Under the pieces are notes generated by a model. It had not been told where the DNA came from. It did not search any database and saw only the letters and a list, made by a program, of their open reading frames with translations. From Octopus sinensis (Eukaryota), in the NCBI RefSeq assembly GCF_006345805.1, contig NC_043009.1, forward strand, positions 5,084,001-5,148,000: a stretch of DNA of 64,000 nt, read 5' to 3'. Positions 56,082 to 64,000 of this stretch are shown here, in pieces. A program made the position numbers and the translations under genes. Positions within the stretch are counted from its first letter, which is position 1. Each line of letters opens with the position of its first letter.

Positions 56082-59000
56082 TCATACATACATACAGACA
56101 TACATAGATAGATACATACATACATAGATAAATAGATAGTTAGAAAGAGAGATGGAGAGTTGGGTGTTGGTTTTGCAATGAGAGTATCATTTCAAGGTTT
56201 ACGAGACAGATTGTGAAGAACTATGAAAAATTTACTGATCATAGATAAAGAGCAAATCATCAGATAATAAGACAGAAACAAAGAAATATAAGGATTTTAT
56301 TTCGTGATAAAAGAAATTAAAGCCAGCGATTTCGAGAAAGAAAATATTCCATATAATAAAAAGAGAGAAATAGAAGGAACAACTTGTGAAATGAAAGAAA
56401 TGTAATATTAAGTCATGTTATTTCATGGCTAGTGGATGGTATCGAATGTTTATTGAAGGTAAAATAATAAGACTAAGAAAGAGAGAAAACAACAAATAAA
56501 TAAATATAGAATATGGCAGTCGATTTGTTGTATGTTTAGTGAAATGGAAAACAACCTGACTTTATCGAAATCACAAAAGCTTTCGAGCTTTATTCTTGAC
56601 CTTCATGTGATCTGTCAGCCTTAAAACAATGAAAACCAAACAAAACGATGTATAAATATCGATTGACTGTCTCTAAGTGAATTTTCTTTTAATGAAATCC
56701 TCTCCTCCTCGATTTTATCTGTTGTTTTATTGTTGACTTTAAATGTCTACGACTCCTCTCTTACTTTTTTCATAGTTTTCCTGGCATTTTCTCTTACCTA
56801 TCATCATTCTCTATCTCTCCAAATCTTCCGATCTCACTCACTCTCTCCTTCATTTTCTACTTTGCTTTCATTGTTGGAAATCGTAAGTTATACAAATTGC
56901 AATATATCACGACATTTTTTTTTCTACGTTAAACAGAACTGCTCCACACTCTACTGGAATGGATCAACATCCCTAAAAATTCTCTCCTAAAGATATATCG
57001 AAATAAAAATCATTGTTCCGTAACGGAAACTACTATAAAATACTGGGAACGAGATATACGGTTGTTTTAACAAAGTGACAAATTTCCTTACAAATATCGC
57101 ATACATATGCCAGCTTTATTTTTATCCATTGAGCGGGAGTTTAATTCCCGGTTTATTTAGGGATTTCAGACATCGTATAATCCCATTCTAAAGAAAAACA
57201 AATTGCGCTTATAATACGATGAACGAAGAAACTTGATGCACAAACATGGCGTATAAACGAATACAATATAATATCTAACATCTAATATATGATATACAAT
57301 GCATAGTCTAAAGTGCGTCTGAAAGGTAAAAGTATTTAATGGTATTATTTACCTCTCGTAGAAGCAGTGTGAAAGGAATAAGAATATGATAAATATATAC
57401 AATATTTCCACCTATTTCTGCAGTCAATTGCACATTTGCATCTCAGTAAGGGATAATTAAGTTACAAATGGCTTTACGGGTTTATATTCGCTTTACACAT
57501 TTGTATGTATTATTCTTATTTAGTATAATACGTGAGATAATTTAGTTTTGGATTTTGGCCGGAAACAAACGCTATAGAATAAATATTTTCTTAATGTAAA
57601 GCGAAAAGATTCTACGAAATAAAATTCCTTACCCTAATGTACACTACACTAAAATAGTATAAAAGAAAGAGAATTTAACATCACTAAATATTTTCTTTTT
57701 AAAGAATCGGTATTTAACGTACCAAACTTTATATAACATTGTGATACTGTATAATAGTATCATTTATATATTTCTGTTATAACAAAAGCTAGAAAACAAG
57801 TGATATCCATTTTGCAAGCCTTAAAATGACTTTTCAGTCTATTGACGGAAACGATCCAAAGTGTGTTCATACTATTGGGATTTAAACTTAGGTTTAGGAG
57901 GGATATTCTCAGGCTGTCATCCAATGACTTGTTGTGTATACATACACTGTGCAACTTTACAAGCGAAATATACAATTGTATTTCTAACACTTTATAAGTC
58001 CATTCATATATGTTAACAAAAAATAGCACAACGCTAAAGGTGATGATTTCGTTCATAACATACATATGCACTAACGCAGGTACACACACACGCATATATA
58101 TATATATATACACACACATATAAATATATACTTATATATATTTATATGTATATATATATTTATATACATATATATGTATATACATATATATATATATATA
58201 TATACATACATAAACATACATATACATATATGTTTACAAATGCATGTATACAATATGTGTGTGAGTATATGTGTGCGTGTGTTACTGTGTACACTGAAAC
58301 ACACGTACATATGTATATATGAATGGCTTTCAGCCCAATTCCTGAGCACAGATGTGTATAATCTTTTAAATTTCAAAATTGTGATAATTGTTTTTGAGTA
58401 TATAAAGTATATTTTTTAGTAATAATAACGGCTCGATTCAACGGTGCTCAAATCAACTGCATGTATTGTCGATAAGAAATATATGTAGGTTGTATGAGCT
58501 TATCTTCACCGAGAATTATGCCTGGAAATATGCAAGGGAAACCGAAATAATGCACCACCTCAACTTTAACGATTTACAGGCTTCTCAATCATGATATATT
58601 TGTGTGCTGCATATCCGTTTATGTTTGGAAGAGCACCACACCTATGTTACATTAAGATAAGCGTAGAAGAGTTGTTATGAAGTGTTTTAGAGTTATACAA
58701 AATTCAGTGTCTTCCCTTGAAAATTGGAATTACATATGCTACCTTTATCTCTCCGCTAAGGCAATGATCCTCTCTGTTAGTCTAAATTTCAGTATGCATA
58801 TTTTGTATAAATCCTTCCATGTATGTGTTGTTTCCATGTTAATATTTGATTTGTTTGGTAAATTGCGACTGCTAACCCTATCCTTCGGTTTCTTATTTAA
58901 GATATATATTATAAACATTCTAACATACATGCATATCTATTAAGCTAAAACGAAAAGAAATAGACCTACGAAAACAAATTCGCTCTCACATTTTTTCAAT

Positions 59001-60204
59001 TATTGCGGAGAATTAATGCGCAGGTGAGAAGATTATATTTTCGCTTGTACACACGATAGGTTTCTTCATGTAATGCTGTGTATACAAATACAAAAGACTC
59101 CAATATGCTATTTTTAATGTTTGTATTTAATTGCAAACACCCGATTGGGTTTTAATTCTAAGAAACCTTATGGAAACAGAAATGCTAATATTTTATTTCA
59201 ACTTTTTTTTCAAGAAATGCGACTTTCAGTCCATTGAATGCAAAGATATATTGGATCGGTAATGAAAACTTCTAATGAAAAAGATTTTCTCACCAAAGTT
59301 TTGTAGCTTTTATTACTTGTTACACGCTGGGATACAAAGATGCAACACATCATTGATACTATATTTTGATTGCATATTTCTTGGTAAATGTCGGTAGTTT
59401 ATTAATTTCAAAATCTAAAGCAAAAAAAAACTTTTATCCAGATTAAATTCTCTTCCACTTTTTCTATGTTGTCAGAGAGCAGAAAAGCCATAAAAGGTTT
59501 ATTCTATACCCATAACCTATTATGAAATTTATTTTAGATTTCTTGACTCAGTAATTCGAGAGGTCTTTTGCGATATTACAAATTGCTGTTGGTATTTTAC
59601 GACTATCTACGCTAAGTGTCACAGGCTGCAGTTTTGTTCTCTGTCCATTTTCAGAGGTTATAATTACGGAACACTATTATGGTCAAAATTTAACTAGTCT
59701 TGTAGGTTACTGATATTTATTTCAAGAGAGGAATACCATGCTAAATGAAATTCATTATCATTGCTATAATATACGTATGAAAACTAATAATGCAAACTTA
59801 GTACAAACAATAGACGCTATGAGATTTGTTCATGCCGATATTTCTTTTTATATTTAACTGACGAAACTGTAAATTAGAAAAGAACAAAACTAATTACTTT
59901 GGAAAAGGCCAGATCAATGAGAAATAGATTGGTTTTGAAAATAAATACGTATGTCAGAATTAGTTCTTCACTCAAGAGAATAATTTAGGGATGAAACTTA
60001 ATATATTTAAAATTCATCTGTGGGAGGAAAATTAACGAAATCAGGAGTGACGGAATGAGATCGACATAATTATAGCAACTTAATCATGAACTATTCTCTT
60101 TTATTAAGTAGATCAAAAATTCCCTGGTCAGGTTATTGCTTCTTTTGGTAGTATTATTTAATGCTATGAAGGCAGCAAGCTGACAGAATCCTTACAGCTT
60201 CGGG

Positions 60205-60629
60205 TAAGGCGGCGAGCAGGCAGAACTGTTAGCACGAAATGCGTATCAGTATTTCGTCTGCCGTTACGTTCTGAGTTCAAATTCCGCCGAGTCGACTTTG
60301 CCTTTCATCCTTTCGAGGTCGATAAATTAAGTGCCAGTTACGCACTGGGGTCGTTCTAATCGACTTAATCCGTTTGTCTCTCCTTGTTTGTCCCCTCTGT
60401 GTAGCCTCTTGTGGGTAGTAAAGAAATAGGTATTTTGACTGTTGTTACGTTCTGAGTTCAAATTCCGCCGAGGTTGAATTTGCCTTCCGTCCTTTCGAAG
60501 TTGATAAATTATGTAACAGTTACGTACTGGGTCCGATCTAATCGACTTAATCCGTTTGTCTGTCCTTGTTTGTCTGTCCTTGTTTGTCCCCTCTATGTTT
60601 AGCCCCTTGTGGGCAATAAAGAAATAAGT
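60205..60629 (+). mobile_element. Young SINE family A dimer nested in an older family A copy
   Basis: 17-bp TSD atccttacagcttcggg at 60188-60204 and 60630-60646. Host halves at 60168-60204 and ~60647-60760. Confidence 0.9.
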
Positions 60630-60799
60630 ATCCTTACAGCTTCGGGCAAGATACTTAACGGCATGACATCCGATGTTATGTCCTGATTTCCAGTATAGCC
60701 AAGATCGATTTTGCCTTTCGTCGTTGTGTAGCCCCCAAAATAAAGTACCAGTCAAGTATTTAATTTCATTGTTAAGGTTATGATCAAAGGTATCCTTAC

Positions 60800-61500
60800 G
60801 TATCTAATAAAGATGCGAACAAAGTGCTCAAATTTCTATGTGGATAGAATTTTCTAGTCTGTCAGCTGTTTTGCATAAATTATAAACTGTAGGAAGATAT
60901 AAACATATGCGCCGTCAACACATAATATACGGAGAAGTGTCTATAATATGCGTGGTTGGCCAGCAGGTCGAACTGCATTATTGGCAATTATTGTTATTCT
61001 GTAACCTTAGTTATGCTGAACTGCACTTGGGATGAATTACATTTTATTAATTGAAAATATTCCGAGATATATACCAGAACGAATATTCTGATAGAAGTTG
61101 TTCATCACAGCAAAATATTTCAGTTTGTAAACAAGGCAGAATAAATTCATTAATTGTTATAAATATTTACTGAAATTAATTCTTCCGGCTGCATCACCTC
61201 GCGGTAGTTTTGGCGCAGATCAAAGGTTAGTGTTCATCTCGACGCATGCCTCTAACTCTCGCTGACCTGTAATGAGTATAATTTTACATAAGCGTATATA
61301 ATGCTCGTATTAATAACGATACTCTTTCTTGCTTTGATCGTTCGTGAACACATATATCCACAAACTATTTATACGCTCGCTTGACTTCAGAATATACGTC
61401 CCTATGACGCTTTTGTGAAACATCCTGCATATTAACAACCAATTTCCTGCAACCTCGTTTTCCGCGGCATTTCATTTTGTTTTGAAATTTTATCTTGAAT
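60800..61500 (-). pseudogene. Ancient mariner-like transposase relic
   Basis: Minus remnants CCDEQ (TCDEK-like), caataatgc (DNA-like) and a degenerate HPPY..DLAP.DY.LF region near 60900-60950. Confidence 0.35.
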
Positions 61501-61601
61501 GTTCGTTAACATTATACTACTATCATTCTGATTTTGCAATCCTCTGTTTCTCTAAGAATGTTTGACGTACTATAGATCCGACAATATTATGATACGCTCA
61601 A

Positions 61602-61806
61602 CGGCAGCGACCTGGCAGAATCGTTAGCAAAGCTGGGTTGCATTTCGTCCCTCTAAACGTTCTGGGTTGAAAGTCCGCCTAAGTCGACTTTGCCTTTTGT
61701 CATTTCAAGGTTAACAACACATGTACCAGTCGAGCACTGGCTTCGATGTGATCGACTTAACCCAGTCCCCAGACTTGCTGGCCTTTTGCTCAAATTCGAA
61801 AAAACT
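61602..61806 (+). mobile_element. SINE family A, diverged
   Basis: ggcagcgacctggcagaatcgttagc...gtcgactttgcctttt...gatcgacttaacc. Confidence 0.75.
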
Positions 61807-61876
61807 AGCATATGTGCTGCTTCTTTTAGTTTTTGTATTTTCCAATGGTGTTCTCTGTCTATTATTTTAACTTCAT
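61805..61876. repeat. 72-bp duplicate of Penelope coding sequence 62392-62463 (1 mismatch)
   Basis: ctagcatatgtgctgcttcttttagtttttgtattttcca(a/g)tggtgttctctgtctattattttaacttcat. Confidence 0.92.
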
Positions 61877-62196
61877 AAAAGGTTCATTTTAAGTTTTCGA
61901 TTTGTGAGAGGTAACCTAAAATATAAATTTATAAAAGCTTCTATGGTCGAATCACGTTCACTTGATAACTAGTATTTAAAACAAAACCTTAATACAGTTC
62001 TATATTTAAGAGATTAGGAATTATATACGTTATTTACATTTGACGATATTTGTCCTCATCTTGTTTGTTGTTAACACAACGTTTCGGCTGATATACCCTC
62101 CAGCAGGTGTGTTGGGAAATTTCGAACCTGGGTTATCATTACTAAGATATTTTCGATATTATTATTATTATCATTATTATTATTATTATTATTATT

Positions 62197-62270
62197 CAGG
62201 TCACTGCTTGGAATCGAACTCGAATCTTGGGGTTAAAAGCCCGCGCTCTTAAGCTCTAATCCATATGCCC
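62197..62270 (-). other. tRNA-like module (pseudo-tRNA, Lys-UUU-like loop) inside the PLE terminus
   Basis: gggcatatggattagagcttaagagcgcggg-CTTTTAA-ccccaagattc-GAGTTCGATTCC: degenerate A box, 7-nt anticodon-type loop, B box. The acceptor stem does not pair, so it is not a functional tRNA. Confidence 0.6.
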
Positions 62271-62746
62271 GTGGTCAATTATGGAAAGAATTTTAGGGCT
62301 TATAAATCTAATATTTTCCTATCCTACCTTAATACCGGTTCCCATATGCTATTCATATCTGCATTCTGTCTTCTTAGAAGGTCGCCGTGTCCTAGCATAT
62401 GTGCTGCTTCTTTTAGTTTTTGTATTTTCCAGTGGTGTTCTCTGTCTATTATTTTAACTTCATCCCAGAGGGGGAGGTGATCCCCATTTTTCCATACATG
62501 ATCAGCTATACCCGATTTATCAATATCTCCTCGTATCACAGCTTTGCGATGTTCGTCTACCCATATTTTGATGTGAGAATATGGACAGTTGTATTACTGA
62601 GGTAGTCCACAATAGGTCCGTCCTATGTGCGATATAAAACGGAAACACATATTGACGATTAATACTGATCTCCAAAAATAGTTTTATTCAACACATAAAA
62701 CATCTAAAGAAAAGAGAATGAGAACCCAGGTTCGAAATTTCCCCAA

Positions 62747-62792
62747 GACACCTGATGAATGCTGGAGGGTATATCAGCCGAAACTTTGTGTT
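62747..62792 (+). ncRNA. Minimal type I hammerhead ribozyme motif (palindrome mutated)
   Basis: gacac-CTGATGA-at-gctg(gagggtatat)cagc-c-GAAA-cttt-gtgtt. Stem I gacac/gtgtt and stem II gctg/cagc pair. Stem III palindrome reads ACTT instead of the ACGT seen in the sister copy. Confidence 0.65.
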
Positions 62793-63808
62793 AGCAACAA
62801 AAAAGATGAGGAAAAATATCCGTGAAATATAAATAATGGAAATAAAACATTAATATTAATACATATCAGAATTATGTGGATATTCAACGATCGTTCGTAT
62901 CGTGACAGTCAAGGAAATCCAACAATTTCCTGTTTGGATACCATTACTTCAAATGATTCATGACAAACGAAGCTAGAAAGATCACACGGGATTCGTTTCT
63001 TTTCTTATAATGTCTAATCTGTTGAATAAAACTAATTTGGAGATCATTATTCATTGTCAATGTGTGTGTTTCCGTTTTGTATCTCACATAGGACCTATTG
63101 CAGATTACCCCAGACATGCAATTGTTTAGATTCTCACCTCAAAGTTCATGACATGTTCTTAACCCGATATGCAGAGCTAAAGTAAAAAATGTATTGGTGA
63201 AAAAACTCCACAACGACAACGTTTTGAAACAACACTATGAGAATCCGACTAGAAACTGAAACACACCATGTACACTAATTCTATCCTAAGATAGTTTCTG
63301 TTGTGTATTCATATTCTTGAAAAAGTATCAGAAGAAACCTATGAGCCATATATTGTATTATACTTCTATAGAACACATTTCACGATATTTCTTATATATT
63401 TGGTTGTTGTATACGTTTGTGAAGTATAATTTGTTGGTAATTAGTTTTTAATATATGATTGAATTCTTCACGGCACACAGCATGGTTTTAACTAAATATC
63501 ATACTGATTCATTTAGTTGTTTCTACCGTCTCGGTCGCATTTCTAAAACAATGTAACACGAAGTTGGATGCAAGACATTTAATCATAATTCCACAATATT
63601 TGCACGTATAAGTGTCCTATAAACTGCCATTCATCTTTTACTATTTGTCCCATTATGTGTATTCCGAGATAATTGCTTCACGAATGCCTTCATATTTAGT
63701 TGATAATCCAATCATAACTGCGCACTTATATTCCGGGTATGTTTGAGAATTTGTTCAAACGTGCCAAAATTGTAACACGTAGCTTCACATTTTCAGATGA
63801 TAAATCAT

Positions 63809-63972
63809 GTGCCAAGCCTGGTTGTGTGAATAGAAGCTTGCTTCCTAACCACGGTTCCGAGTTCAATCCCACTGCGTGACACCTTGAGCAAGCGTCTTCT
63901 ACTATAGCTTCGGGCCGACCAAAGCCTTATGCGTGGATTTGGTAGACGGAAACTGAAAGAAGCCCGTCGTAT
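63809..63972 (+). mobile_element. SINE family B head
   Basis: gagttcaatcccactgcgtgacaccttgagcaagcgtcttctactatag...gacggaaactgaaagaagcccgtcg. Confidence 0.85.
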
Positions 63973-64000
63973 ATATAAATATATATACATATACATACAC

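Larger units (their letters stand above)
62028..62840 (-). mobile_element. Penelope-like element fragment with inverted pseudo-LTRs
   Basis: Minus-strand GIY-YIG C-terminus 62324-62570 (EHRKAVIRGDIDKSGIADHVW...KLKEAAHM...NSIWEPVLR). A terminal repeat of ~115 bp lies at 62028-62140 (minus) and an inverted copy at ~62717-62838 (plus). Confidence 0.8.

Overview
AT-rich, microsatellite-saturated eukaryotic non-coding DNA (intergenic or a very large intron). The SINE families and repeat style point to an octopod cephalopod (Octopus); this is recognition from memory, not a database match. I find no convincing host protein-coding gene, and most ORFs in the supplied track are translation artefacts of (TA)n, (TCTA)n, (TTA)n, (GAT)n or (TAG)n tracts. 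Supported content: a full-length but dead DD34D mariner (48.8-50.1 kb), an internally deleted mariner with intact TIRs and TA TSD (52.9-53.5 kb), two MITEs, a decayed R4/R2-group retrotransposon (~30.7-33.3 kb), a CR1/L2-type LINE 3' end, several Penelope-like element (PLE) fragments with GIY-YIG endonuclease, and about 15 copies of three tRNA-derived SINE families. The most interesting signals are: (1) minimal, dimer-type hammerhead-ribozyme motifs in PLE-type termini, three of them just downstream of a tRNA-like Pol III module; (2) a SINE family whose copies run past the tail back into their own body at one fixed junction; (3) a perfect 66-bp inverted repeat and several other local fold-back duplications.
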